The position numbers were made by a program, and so were the translations under genes. From Candidatus Krumholzibacteriota bacterium (GTDB lineage Bacteria; Krumholzibacteriota; Krumholzibacteriia; LZORAL124-64-63), in the NCBI GenBank assembly GCA_024275485.1, contig JAJRZA010000037.1, positions 5,241 to 69,240 of the forward strand: a stretch of DNA of 64,000 nt, read 5' to 3'. The notes beneath the pieces were generated by a model, which worked only from the letters and a program-made list of their open reading frames with translations, had not been told where the DNA came from and made no database searches. Within the stretch, counting starts at the first letter, position 1; every line of letters starts with the position of its first letter. Shown one piece after another: positions 9,943 to 19,940 of this stretch.

Positions 9943-10896
9943 ATGAAAAGGCAAATGACAAATCAATTCAGGATCAGCCTGTTGCTGACCGGCTGTCTGC
10001 TTGTTCTACTGGTGGTCTCAGGCTGTGGGACCTCCTCCAAATCAACCGTCCCCGAAGTTTCGGACAACCCTTTTGAGATGGCTCGCGTGGGCACCGACAG
10101 CACGCTTGAAGTGATGACCTGGAATCTTGAGCATTTTGCCAAGAGTGCCACCACCACCTCGGACATGGTGACCCTGGTGGTCAAGAGTTTGGAAGTGGAC
10201 ATCATTGGGATGCAGGAAATCGAAAGCACTATCTATTTCCAAAAGGTGCTTGATGGCCTCGATGGCTGGACCGGTTTCAAAGCCTCAAGCGCCGGTTACA
10301 GCCTCAATCTGGCCTTCCTGTATCGCGAGGATGAAAACCTTCAGGTTGATTCCATCCAGGAAATCATGACCGATCTGAGTGACCCTTTTCCGCGCAGGCC
10401 CTTGTTGTTGCTGGGAAGTTTTGACGGCCATCCTATCGCCGTTATCAACAACCATCTGAAGTGTTGCGGCGACGGAATCATCAATCCGGAGACCTACCGA
10501 GATGAAGAAACCCGCCGGCTCAATGCCTGTCTGTTGCTGGAAGAATACGTTCTTACCCACCTGAACGGTCGCCATATATATATTGTGGGCGATTTCAACG
10601 ACGAGTTGACCGATAACCTGGAAAACAACGTTTTTGCCAATTTTCTGGGCGATCCAGAGCTGTGGCGAGCAGCGGATTTGCCCATTGCCGAAGGCCCGTC
10701 TTCGGGATGGTCATTTCCCGGGTGGCCCAGTCACCTGGATCACATCCTGATCGACCAATCGTTGTTTGCTGCGGCCGATGGAGCGGATGCGGAAGTCCAC
10801 GTGATTCCACTGCATTTATTTCTGCCCCTCGGTTGGGGTCAATACGATGAGGAAATCAGCGATCATCTGCCGGTGGTCTTGAAGCTGAAACCCTAG
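9943..10896 (+). CDS. Endonuclease/exonuclease/phosphatase (EEP) family lipoprotein
   Basis: Lipobox VVSGCGTSS, and EEP motifs LEVMTWNLEHF, VDIIGMQEIES, GDFNDE, and C-terminal SDHLPVVLKLKP. Start moved to the ATG at 9943, which has a GAGG RBS. Confidence 0.8.
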   Translation: MKRQMTNQFRISLLLTGCLLVLLVVSGCGTSSKSTVPEVSDNPFEMARVGTDSTLEVMTWNLEHFAKSATTTSDMVTLVVKSLEVDIIGMQEIESTIYFQKVLDGLDGWTGFKASSAGYSLNLAFLYREDENLQVDSIQEIMTDLSDPFPRRPLLLLGSFDGHPIAVINNHLKCCGDGIINPETYRDEETRRLNACLLLEEYVLTHLNGRHIYIVGDFNDELTDNLENNVFANFLGDPELWRAADLPIAEGPSSGWSFPGWPSHLDHILIDQSLFAAADGADAEVHVIPLHLFLPLGWGQYDEEISDHLPVVLKLKP

Positions 10897-10920
10897 CAGA
10901 ATGAGTTTTTCACCAGCCTG

Positions 10921-11268
10921 CTAGCCAAGAATTTCTTCATACAATTCAGGGTTGAACCCCACCAAAATGGTTTTTCCCCGTTGAACGGTGGGAGCCCGCA
11001 AATTGCCGGTGGTGCCGAGCATGGCCTTCAACATGTCCTCTTCGGCGGGTTTGTCTTTTTTGAGATCGAAAACCGTCACTTTTTTGCCCTTCATGACCAC
11101 TATCTTTGATGCAGTGGCGATCAACTCGCGGGCCCTGTCGGCACCGAGTTTGGCGTTGGCGTTGGTCTCGGATTTGAAGGTTATTTCATGATTCGCAAGG
11201 AACTCCTGCGAGCGGTTGCAGCTCGTTCATCCTTTGCGGTAATAATACCAGTCGGCACGCTTGGCCAT
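10921..11268 (-). CDS. Spx/ArsC-family thioredoxin-fold protein with an in-frame TGA at the first Cys of the CxxC motif; candidate selenoprotein (UxxC)
   Basis: Read through the TGA at 11227..11229, the protein is MAKRADWYYYRKG-[TGA]-TSCNRSQEFLANHEITF...ILVGFNPELYEEILG. It aligns with Spx ([24 protein letters not shown]...LQVGYNEDEIRRFL), and the TGA falls on the catalytic Cys. ATG at 11268 has a GGGAG RBS. A hairpin (CGAGC-UGCAACC-GCUCG) begins 4 nt after the UGA. Confidence 0.5.
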
Positions 11269-11311
11269 GTCTTGCTCCCGGTTGAGTTTGAGGGTTTCAA
11301 TGGGGACAATA

Positions 11312-12091
11312 CTAGTTGCTTGGGGGAATTTGGCAAGAGAGGCCCTGTGATATGCCAATGATGGCGGCAAAGCGGCCGGCTTTTGGGCCTTGGGTGCGCC
11401 AACTCCAGAAATCATCTCCCGCACAAATGGTACAAATTCCCAAATTTTCCACCTGGTCCTGCGGCACTCCCCCATCAAGCAATTGCCCCAGGTTGGCCGA
11501 CCAAAGATTGAAAAACCAGCTGTCGTCCCGGCGGAGAAAATACTTCACCGCCTTTGACCCAAGTTCCAGCATGGCCTGATCCCGCACTTCCTCACCAACT
11601 TCGTAGCAACAGGGTCCGGCTGATGGGGCAATGGCAGCGGTCATGGTTCTCGGCAGGCAACCCATGTCTCCGGCGAGTCTGTCCACGAGGATCCCCGTGA
11701 TACCCTCGACCGTTGACCGCCAGGAGGCATGGGCGAAACCCACGGCGGCTGTTCCGTCATTTCGTTGGCCGGTCAGAAGAATGATGGGGCAATCAGCACT
11801 ACGTCCGGCAATCAGGAGCCCGCCGGCATCGGTGACCAGGCCATCGGCCTGCCCGACCAGACCTGGTTGATGGGCCTGAAGGATGGTATTGCCATGCACC
11901 TGGTGAGCCCAGGCCGTGCCATTCATGTGCAGTAATTCGGCAGTTTCGGCGGCGGCCCGGACAGTGGCCTGATCAGTGCCCACCTGCCCGAACGCGGGGC
12001 CGTGGCGAGTGGTCACGGCGTGGGTGATATGATCCAGTTTCAATAAATTCTGAAAACGGACGAAGGGAGCGTGGCGCCGGCCGCCACTCAT
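11312..12091 (-). CDS. pgeF: Peptidoglycan editing factor PgeF (YfiH/DUF152, purine nucleoside phosphorylase-like)
   Basis: Motifs HGNTI, DGLVTD, ADCPIILL, HASWRS and CCYEVG. Four-nt overlap with thyX. Confidence 0.85.
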   Translation of the reverse strand: MSGGRRHAPFVRFQNLLKLDHITHAVTTRHGPAFGQVGTDQATVRAAAETAELLHMNGTAWAHQVHGNTILQAHQPGLVGQADGLVTDAGGLLIAGRSADCPIILLTGQRNDGTAAVGFAHASWRSTVEGITGILVDRLAGDMGCLPRTMTAAIAPSAGPCCYEVGEEVRDQAMLELGSKAVKYFLRRDDSWFFNLWSANLGQLLDGGVPQDQVENLGICTICAGDDFWSWRTQGPKAGRFAAIIGISQGLSCQIPPSN

Positions 12092-13083
12092 TCCCAGGGT
12101 ACCTTCAGGTTTAGGGTTTTCAACTTGGTAGTCAGTTCGTCCCGTTCACGGTTGCGGATGAAACCACCCTTTTTGGCGGGTTTCAACCAGCCTGCGTCCG
12201 TGGCGATACGCATGGCGTCTTCCATGTCGCCCGTTCCAATGGCGGCCATGATTTTGTGTTCGATGCGAGAGTAACTCACCGATCCCATGCGGTAGTCTTC
12301 GAAGGCTTCCCAGGCCAGCGGCACCCAGCGCGCCACGATTTCCCTGCCGATGATGGTGGCGTAGTCGCGGATTTCCTTTTGGGCGTGGGGGTCCATGCGC
12401 AAGGCCAGGAAGTGCAGCAAATTGTGCAGATCCATTTTCCAGTAGGCTTCGGTGTAGGTGCAAAGGGGCAGGTCTTTGCGGGCCTGCTCGCGTGCGACAC
12501 CGAATTCGAGGCGTTGGTTGTATACTTGGCGGGCGGTGTTTTTGAAATCGGTTTCGGCCTGGGTAAGTTCGACACCAGTTTTTGAATCGAGCCAGCCGTC
12601 GCTGCCCTGTTTGTTGTCGATGGCCTGGACGCGCCATTGGTCAGGTGCGGTGGTTTGGGAGGAATCGATGGCAATGGAATAGCGAGTGCTCGTTTCATTT
12701 GTTGAGGCAGTTCTATGACGTATCCACTGCCGCCACGCATCCATCGGCACCCGGATATGCAGCTTCAAACTGCACATCTCAAAAGGCGTGGTATGACGAT
12801 GCCGCAACAAGTACCGAATCAACCCGCGATCATCGCTGGTCTTCTTCGTCCCCTCCCCATAGGAAACCCTCGCGGCCTGCACGATGGCCTGGTCGTCACC
12901 CATGTAGTCGATCACTCGAATCAATCCATCGTCCAGAACCTCAAAAGGAACACCCAGAATTTCATCGAGGGCTGGCACTCCGGGGCGGTTCAGTTTTTCA
13001 GCGCGCTGATCCATCATCTCTCCTGTGGTCGAATGATCGTTATTCGAATGATTTGCTGATGGCCTGTTCGATGATGGAGTCAT
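12088..13083 (-). CDS. thyX: FAD-dependent thymidylate synthase ThyX
   Basis: ThyX signature RHRTASTNETSTRY (RHR...S...S.RY). The start may be the later Met (MMDQ, 13017). Confidence 0.9.
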   Translation of the reverse strand: MTPSSNRPSANHSNNDHSTTGEMMDQRAEKLNRPGVPALDEILGVPFEVLDDGLIRVIDYMGDDQAIVQAARVSYGEGTKKTSDDRGLIRYLLRHRHTTPFEMCSLKLHIRVPMDAWRQWIRHRTASTNETSTRYSIAIDSSQTTAPDQWRVQAIDNKQGSDGWLDSKTGVELTQAETDFKNTARQVYNQRLEFGVAREQARKDLPLCTYTEAYWKMDLHNLLHFLALRMDPHAQKEIRDYATIIGREIVARWVPLAWEAFEDYRMGSVSYSRIEHKIMAAIGTGDMEDAMRIATDAGWLKPAKKGGFIRNRERDELTTKLKTLNLKVPWE

Positions 13084-15301
13084 CGGCGTGTCGGGCCTTG
13101 GTGATTTTCAGGTTTGGCTCCAGTTCCATGGCCCGTTCGATGGCAAACTCGGCGCCTGCGTTGCGGGCCCAGGCCCGACGTGCGACACCGTTGTTCACGT
13201 CCCAATGCAGCATGGAGCGCAGTCGTTGTGCGCAGTCGTCGCTGCCGTCGAGCAACATGCCGAATCCACCGTTGACCACTTCACCCCAACCAACTCCGCC
13301 GCCGTTGTGCAGGCTGACCCAGGTGGCGCCGCGAAAACTGTCGCCGATGCAGTTCTGCACCGCCATGTCGGCGGTGAACATGCTGCCGTCGAAAATGTTG
13401 CTGGTCTCGCGATATGGGCTGTCGGTGCCGGAGACATCATGATGATCGCGACCGATCACCACTGGGGATAAAATTTCGCCCCGTTTGATGGCCTCATTGA
13501 AAGCAGCGGCGATGGCCCGGCGGCCTTCAGCGTCACTGTACAGGATGCGAGCCTGACTGCCGACCACCATTTTGTTGGCACCGGCCTGGCGGATCCAGGT
13601 CAGGTTGTCCAAATACTGCTGGCGGGTCTCTTCGGGGGCGATGGCAACCAGTTTTTCCATCACTTCGCCGGCGATGCGGTCGGTGGTGAACAGATCCTCG
13701 GGCTTGCCGCTGGTGCACACCCAGCGGAAGGGCCCGAAACCGTAGTCGAAACAAAGCGGCCCCATGATGTCTTCCACGTAGCTGGGATAGATGAAGCGGC
13801 CATCGGGTTTGGCAATGTCGGCTCCGGCGCGGCTGCACTCCAGCAGGAAGGCGTTGCCGTAGTCCCAGAAACGAGTGCCCCGGGCAACCATTTTGTTCAC
13901 CGCTTCGATGTGCCGCAACAAAGATGCCTGGACTTTTTCTTTGAAGGTCGCGGGATCGGCGACCAGCATTTCGTTGCTCTCTTCATAGGTCATGTCCACG
14001 GGGTAATAACCGCCGGTGAAGGGGATGTGCAGGCTGGTTTGATCGCTGCCCAGTTCCACGGCTATGTCGCTATCGACCAACGCTTCCCAGAGATCGACGA
14101 TGTTTCCTTGATAGGCCAGGGCCACGGCTTCCTTGTCGGCTTTGGCCTTTCGAACTCGATCCAACAGGGCAGGCAGTTCGGTATAGACTTCATCCACCCA
14201 TCCCTGTTCGTGACGTTTTTTCACGGCATCGGGATTGATTTCGGCCAGCAATCCCACACAGCCGGCGATGACTGCCGCTTTGCCTTGAGCGCCACTCATT
14301 CCTCCCAGTCCGCTGGATAGATACAAGGCACCGGGCAGGGGATCTTCACCCTCAAGATAAAGCCGTACCACACCCAAGATGCTGATGGTTGTGCCGTGCA
14401 CGATACCCTGGGGGCCTATGTACATGAAGCTGCCGGCGGTCATCTGGCCGTAGCTTGTTACGCCGAGGGCGCTCATGCGGGTGTAGTCGTCGCCGTTGCT
14501 GTAGTTGGGGATGACCATGCCGTTGGTCACCACCATGCGGGGAGCATTCTTGTGACTGGGAAAGAGGCCCATGGGATGGCCGGAGTACATGGCGAGGGTT
14601 TGTTCCTAGCTCATCTCCGACAAGTACTTCATGGTCAGCAGGTATTGGGCCCAGTTCTGGAAGACGGTGCCGTTGCCGCCGTAGGTGATCAGTTCGTAGG
14701 GGTGCTGGGCGACGGCGGGGTCGAGGTTGTTTTGAATCATGAGCATGATGCCGGCAGCCTGGGCGCATTGGACCGGATATTGGTCGATGGGCCGGGCGTG
14801 CATATCGTAGGTGGGGCGAAAGCGATGCATGTAGATGCGACCGTGGCTAGCCAGTTCATCGGCGAACTCGGGGGCCAGTTCGGCGTGCATTCCGGGTGGG
14901 AAATAGCGCAGGGCATTGCGCAGGGCCAGTTTCTTTTCGTCAGCCGAAAGCAGCATCGGTCGCTCGGGGGCACGACTGATGGCCGGATCGTCCTTGGGCA
15001 TGGCTGGAATAGTGTCGGGGATGCCTTGGCGGATTTGCTGCTGGAAGGATTCGGGGCTTGTTTGTGCGCTCACGGCGCGACCTCCTACAAAGGTGATTGG
15101 TTGCCGGGAAGATAGCATCTGGAAAGCGGATGGGAAAGGCCTGGACCGATGCTCAGATCTCTTTTTAACGATAAATATCATGAAGGCCGTCCCAGGTTCA
15201 TTTCCCGGTGGCAACAAGGATTGCACCCTGGAATTTGCGTTCTGTCCTTGTTCCCGGGAGATTTGGTGTATATTTGTTGTTGACCACAGGAACTTATCCA
15301 C
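13040..15301 (-). pseudogene. hutU: Urocanate hydratase (long, UROC1-like form) interrupted by a single in-frame TAG
   Basis: ORFs 14606..15301 and 13040..14590 share a frame and together give a full urocanase (ALRNALRYFPP..., NNLDPAVAQHPYELITYGGNG, SGLGGMSGAQ, GGGVGWGE). The TAG at 14606..14608 sits in ...MKYLSEMS*EQTLAMYSGHP, at the position of E in human UROC1 (KMTEEQTL). No frameshift. Confidence 0.8.
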
Positions 15302-15319
15302 CTTGCAGGAAGCGACGAC

Positions 15320-15727
15320 ATGGCTTTGAAAATAGTAGTATCCGTGGGTGAACTGCTCGATAAAATTACTATCCTGGAAATCAAGTCCGAGCGCATCAGC
15401 GACGCGGTCAAGGTGTCGAACGTTAACAGGGAATTGGGCCTTCTGCGCCGGATCTGGGATGATTCCGAGCTCAGCGCCACGGACATCAGCGAGCCCATGG
15501 CCCGCTTGAGGGCCGTGAATGAAGAGCTATGGGATATCGAGGATGGAATTAGGATCAAGGAAGCTGCTGGTGAGTTTGATGAGGAATTCATCGAACTGGC
15601 CCGATCGGTTTATTTCCGGAACGATGTGCGGGCCGCAGTGAAGAGGGAACTCAATATCCTGTTGGGATCATCCCTGGTGGAGGAAAAGTCCTACGTGGAT
15701 TATAAAAGCGATGCTGAACCCCATTGA
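15320..15727 (+). CDS. Hypothetical acidic protein (135 aa)
   Basis: Clean ORF divergent from hutU; no motif recognised. Confidence 0.45.
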   Translation: MALKIVVSVGELLDKITILEIKSERISDAVKVSNVNRELGLLRRIWDDSELSATDISEPMARLRAVNEELWDIEDGIRIKEAAGEFDEEFIELARSVYFRNDVRAAVKRELNILLGSSLVEEKSYVDYKSDAEPH

Positions 15728-15821
15728 TGTGTTTTTTTGGTGTTCACCCATCCCATCTCTCGGTTATATTTGCAGATAAACACAAGCTCTACCCCGGCTC
15801 CCACAGCAGAAAGGCCACCTC

Positions 15822-16358
15822 ATGGCTCAAATCGTCAACCGCATGATCCGAGCAGCCAAACTCGATGCCACTTTGTACAATGAAATTGCCCGTGATGAAA
15901 CCACCATGGGTGAGGCTGTCACCGTGGTTGTCATCGTCACTGCTGCCGCGGGCCTCGGCGCTGCCCTCATCGGCCCCATGGGGTTGATCGGGGGAGCGAT
16001 TTTTGCCCTCGTAGGATGGTTTGTTCAGGCTTTGTTGGCTTTCTTCGTGGGCACAACGCTCATCCCTGGTCCGGAAACACGCACTGATCTGACAGCTGTG
16101 CTGCGAGTCACCGGATATGCGTCGGCTCCTGGTGTTTTGGCTGCCTTGGGCTTCATTCCCTTGTTGGGCGGGTTTGCCGCTATGATTGCCGGCTTGTGGC
16201 AACTCGCAGCTTTTGTTGTGGCCATCCGGGTGGTCATGAATTTCGACGGCAATGGCAAGGCAATTTTGGTGGTCATCATTGGCTGGTTCGTGAAATTGGC
16301 CTTTGGTGGATTGCTGATGCTCGTCGGACTGGGCGGCACCTTGTTGCTGGCAACATAA
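15822..16358 (+). CDS. Yip1-domain membrane protein
   Basis: N-terminal MIRAAKLDATLYNEIARDE followed by four to five TM helices, typical of the bacterial Yip1 family. Confidence 0.65.
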   Translation: MAQIVNRMIRAAKLDATLYNEIARDETTMGEAVTVVVIVTAAAGLGAALIGPMGLIGGAIFALVGWFVQALLAFFVGTTLIPGPETRTDLTAVLRVTGYASAPGVLAALGFIPLLGGFAAMIAGLWQLAAFVVAIRVVMNFDGNGKAILVVIIGWFVKLAFGGLLMLVGLGGTLLLAT

Positions 16359-16369
16359 CGGAGGAAATC

Positions 16370-17548
16370 ATGACATCCAGGAAATCAATCCTGTTTCTGA
16401 CAACCTTGATGACGATCTTCTGGATCGCTTCTTCCGTCCTGGCTGACGATCCGGTTTATCGCACCAAAAACGAATACCCGGTGCTGGACGAAATCGTGGA
16501 AGTGCGCGAGGCCAACGATGCCGAACGCGACAGCATCCGCGCCTTGGTGGATCAAAAATATGAAGATGAAGCCGAGGCCAAATCCGACGCTGGCAAAGAT
16601 TTGCGCGTGGATTGGAGCAAAATCAAGGCACCCAAAAGTCCTGAGGTTTTTGATCAGCTCTGGCATTTGCCTCCCACACCCCAATTCTACACCGGCAGCT
16701 GCTGGGCTTTCTGTTCCGTCAGCTACATGGAAAGCGAAGCCAAGCGCCTGGGGGCCCCAGAGGTCAAACTTTCCGAAATGTGGGTCGTCTATTGGGAATT
16801 TGTGGAAAAGAGCCGGGCCTACCTGAAGAGCTTCGGCCATACGCCGTTGTCCCAAGGGAGCCAGGACCACGGTACACTGGAAATTTTCCGCAAATACGGC
16901 GCCATGACCCGCGAAGGATACCCCGGTGTTCTGCTCCCCAAAAACCGCCATGACCATACGCCCCTGATGGCCGAACTGAAGGGCTTTCTGGATTGGGTCC
17001 TGGAAAGTAAATCCTGGGATGAAGCGACGAACATGTCATACGTTCGCGCCATCCTGAACAAGCATTTGGGCAACCCCCCTGCGGATGTTGTTTACGATGG
17101 TCAAACATACAGCCCCCAGAGCTTCCTGACTGATGTGCTTCACCTAAACCTAGATGATTATGTGGGATGTGTTTCCCGCATGGATACTCCTTTTTACACG
17201 CGTGTTCTGCTGGATGTAAACGACAATTGGCGTCGCAAGGACGACTACCTGAATTTGCCTCTGCACGACTTTTACGAAGTGATCAAAAAATCGGTGAAGG
17301 ACGGTTACACCGTGAGCATCGGCGGGGACAACAGTGAAGCAGGCATGGACGGCAAGTTTGATACGGCCATCGTGCCGCAGTGGGATATTCCCGCCAAGTA
17401 CATCAACCAGGCCAGCCGTGAGTTTCGCATCGACAATGGCACCACCGGGGACGACCATGGAGTGCATATCGTCGGCTATACGAAGATGGGGGGGCAGGAT
17501 TGGTTTTTGATCAAGGACAGAGATCGCTCCAGCCGTTTGGGTGATTGA
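16370..17548 (+). CDS. Secreted papain-like (C1 family) cysteine peptidase, aminopeptidase C/bleomycin hydrolase-like
   Basis: Signal peptide, then the catalytic Cys in QFYTGSCWAFCS and the His in DDHGVHIVGY. The start is the ATG at 16370 with a GGAGGAA RBS, so the long 16196 ORF start, which overlaps the Yip1 gene, is rejected. Confidence 0.7.
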   Translation: MTSRKSILFLTTLMTIFWIASSVLADDPVYRTKNEYPVLDEIVEVREANDAERDSIRALVDQKYEDEAEAKSDAGKDLRVDWSKIKAPKSPEVFDQLWHLPPTPQFYTGSCWAFCSVSYMESEAKRLGAPEVKLSEMWVVYWEFVEKSRAYLKSFGHTPLSQGSQDHGTLEIFRKYGAMTREGYPGVLLPKNRHDHTPLMAELKGFLDWVLESKSWDEATNMSYVRAILNKHLGNPPADVVYDGQTYSPQSFLTDVLHLNLDDYVGCVSRMDTPFYTRVLLDVNDNWRRKDDYLNLPLHDFYEVIKKSVKDGYTVSIGGDNSEAGMDGKFDTAIVPQWDIPAKYINQASREFRIDNGTTGDDHGVHIVGYTKMGGQDWFLIKDRDRSSRLGD

Positions 17549-17642
17549 TTTGGTGTTTGTGGGTACGGCAGGGAACTTTTGCTATCCATATCCGTAAAAT
17601 TCTTTCCAATTCCGCAACTCTACCTGAAATGGGGGAGATTCC

Positions 17643-18326
17643 ATGCATCGATCATTGCGCCAACTTTGGTTTAAAATTGCCAAAAGTGGCTTTTTTAGCC
17701 TCCTTTTAATGGTTCTGGTAGTTTTTTCCTTCCGCTCGGCCGTCGCCGACTGGAACGATGTGCCCACCGGGTCCATGCGTCCGACCATCATGATCGGCGA
17801 CCGCATTTTCGTGAACAAACTGGCTTATGACCTGAAAATCCCCTTCACCGATACCGCTTTGGTCACCTGGGCGAACCCCCAGCGGGGTGATATCATCACT
17901 TGCTGGTCCCCGAGGAATGGCGACCGTCTGGTCAAGCGGGTGGTGGCCATACCCGGCGATACCATCGCCATGAAGGGCGGGCGGTTGGTTATCAATGGCA
18001 CCCCATTGGCTTACGAACCGACTTCGGCCGAAGAATCCGAATCCATTTCCGGCCGTGTTTTCTTCACGGAGAACCTGACCGGGTTGCAACACACGGTGGC
18101 CCACGATCCCCAGAAAAGGGCCCTGCGAGATTTTGATCCGGTTAAAGTTGAAACCGATCAGTATTTTCTTATGGGTGATAACCGGGACAACAGCGCCGAC
18201 AGTCGATATTTCGGGTTTGTGAAGAGGTCGGCAGTTTGCGGCAAGGTCAACGCGGTGGTGTTTTCATTGGATCACGATCATCATTATCGACCCAGGGCAG
18301 ACCGCTTCCTTACGGCTCTCAAGTAG
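17643..18326 (+). CDS. lepB: Signal peptidase I
   Basis: Boxes B-E are present: GSMRPT, GDRIFVNK, KRVVAIPGD and GDNRDNSADSRYFG. GGGGAG RBS. Confidence 0.9.
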   Translation: MHRSLRQLWFKIAKSGFFSLLLMVLVVFSFRSAVADWNDVPTGSMRPTIMIGDRIFVNKLAYDLKIPFTDTALVTWANPQRGDIITCWSPRNGDRLVKRVVAIPGDTIAMKGGRLVINGTPLAYEPTSAEESESISGRVFFTENLTGLQHTVAHDPQKRALRDFDPVKVETDQYFLMGDNRDNSADSRYFGFVKRSAVCGKVNAVVFSLDHDHHYRPRADRFLTALK

Positions 18327-18365
18327 TACCCAATTTCGATCCCACGCCTCCCCACACGTGGGTTG

Positions 18366-18397
18366 CCCTCCGGAAACAACAACCGGGGGGCATTTTT
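18366..18397 (+). terminator. Rho-independent terminator after lepB (CCCTCCGG-AAACAACAA-CCGGGGGG-CATTTTT)
   Basis: 8-bp GC-rich stem with one G-U pair, 9-nt loop and a T-run. Confidence 0.6.
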
Positions 18398-19940
18398 AAG
18401 GCTTTTTCACCCGCTGGAACATGTTGAGATACTTTCCGTTGCCCACAGGCAGGCTTACCATTCGGTAGTTCAGGCCAAAACGTTCATCAAAAACGATATC
18501 TTTTTCTCTTTCCAATATTGGAATCAAACCTTTGCGGGGACCATCGGTAATATCCACGTTTCCGATCAGGAAAAAGTCCGGTTCCTGGGACAGCAGATAT
18601 CCACCATCGTGTTTTTCGTGACCAGCGTAGCCTTGTTGGAAGTCCATTTCCTTGTGGGATATATCCGGCACCACCAAACCGTAGTAATCCAGGGTCTCAA
18701 AACCAGTGACGTAGGGGATATATCCCGCCGGACCCAGGGCAATGCTGGTGTTTTTCGGGAGATGTTTGGCCATGGCGTCGCCAGCCAGAATCCATCCGCC
18801 CAGGTTGGCTTCGGTCATGTGGATGGATACCAGACGGCGCTCCTTGCCACGGAAGGACGCCGGCAAAAGCAGCAGGGCCAGCATCAGGATTGTTATCAAC
18901 GCACTCCTGGGTCTCGACACCCAGGAAGTGCCTGACAACAGCGCCGTCAACCAGGTCAGCAGCAAGGGCAGGATGGGTACAAAAAAACGATGCATGCCCA
19001 GCATGTCCCCACCCACGGTCACCACATAAATGGACCACAGAGCCACGGTTGCCAATGTTGCCAGCATATCCCGGCGCAGGATCAGGGCGATGCCCCCTCG
19101 CAAAACCGCCACGATGGCAGTCAAAATTATTCCTGCTCCATACCAGACCAGAAAACCGAAACCGTAGGGCAATCCTGTTTTTAATTGTCCGGCCAAGTCA
19201 CCGGTTTTGGCGTAGTAGGTGTTGGGCAACCACCAGCCGAAATAACCGTGACGCCAGATGAAGAAGGCGGCCATGCCCGCCACCAGCAATATGGGGCCCA
19301 GCCATTTTTTTCGATTCCGGCCATAGTGGCCGGTGCTCAGATGATCGGTGGGCAGCAGAGACCAGGCAGAAAAAATGAAAGCCAGGGCGGGGCCTTCAGG
19401 TCGGGTCAGGATCAGCAGCAAACCCGCGACCCCGGCCAAAATACTTTGCCTTTTGAGTGCCGACCGCCAGGCCCAGACAGTGAAGAGGGCGAAGAACGCC
19501 GTCTCCAGACCGGCCAGCATCCAGCAGGCCACCGCTCCGGTGAGTGCCGTCAGGATTTGAGCGACCTTGCCGGGCAGGGCCCGATGGGCGTTTTCTTCGG
19601 GGGCCAGCAGACGAACGATTCCCGGCAGCATGGCCAACAAACCACCCATGGCCAAGGTGCTCCAGATGCGTCCCCAAAGCAGGGCATCCACGCCGAGACG
19701 AAGACCCACTGCGGACAACAGCACATACAGAAGATTGCTGTAACCCTCCACGCGATGGCCAATGTTGAAGACCAGACCATGGCCGTCCACCAGGTTTTGG
19801 GCGTAGCGGAAGCTGATGAAAGCGTCGTCGATGACAAAACGAAAACTCAGGGCATGGGCCAGCATCAGGATCAGGGCGATCCCCGTCCAGATGAGCCAGG
19901 GGCCACGACCACCTTCGCCATGATTGGGGTTAAAATTCAA
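18396..19940 (-). CDS. Polytopic membrane protein, GT-C-like glycosyltransferase
   Basis: About 12 TM helices; the first periplasmic loop carries DDAFISFRYAQNL (a DD/DE motif as in ArnT/PMT-like GT-C enzymes). The TTG start overlaps the stop of the upstream gene (TTGA). Confidence 0.5.
   Translation of the reverse strand: MNFNPNHGEGGRGPWLIWTGIALILMLAHALSFRFVIDDAFISFRYAQNLVDGHGLVFNIGHRVEGYSNLLYVLLSAVGLRLGVDALLWGRIWSTLAMGGLLAMLPGIVRLLAPEENAHRALPGKVAQILTALTGAVACWMLAGLETAFFALFTVWAWRSALKRQSILAGVAGLLLILTRPEGPALAFIFSAWSLLPTDHLSTGHYGRNRKKWLGPILLVAGMAAFFIWRHGYFGWWLPNTYYAKTGDLAGQLKTGLPYGFGFLVWYGAGIILTAIVAVLRGGIALILRRDMLATLATVALWSIYVVTVGGDMLGMHRFFVPILPLLLTWLTALLSGTSWVSRPRSALITILMLALLLLPASFRGKERRLVSIHMTEANLGGWILAGDAMAKHLPKNTSIALGPAGYIPYVTGFETLDYYGLVVPDISHKEMDFQQGYAGHEKHDGGYLLSQEPDFFLIGNVDITDGPRKGLIPILEREKDIVFDERFGLNYRMVSLPVGNGKYLNMFQRVKKP

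Noticed and set aside
16196-17548. Long ORF-track version of the C1 peptidase gene, starting at 16196 and overlapping the Yip1 gene
   Set aside because: The ATG at 16370 has a GGAGGAA RBS and is followed by a typical signal peptide. The upstream extension overlaps the 3' end of the Yip1 gene in another frame and has no conserved features.
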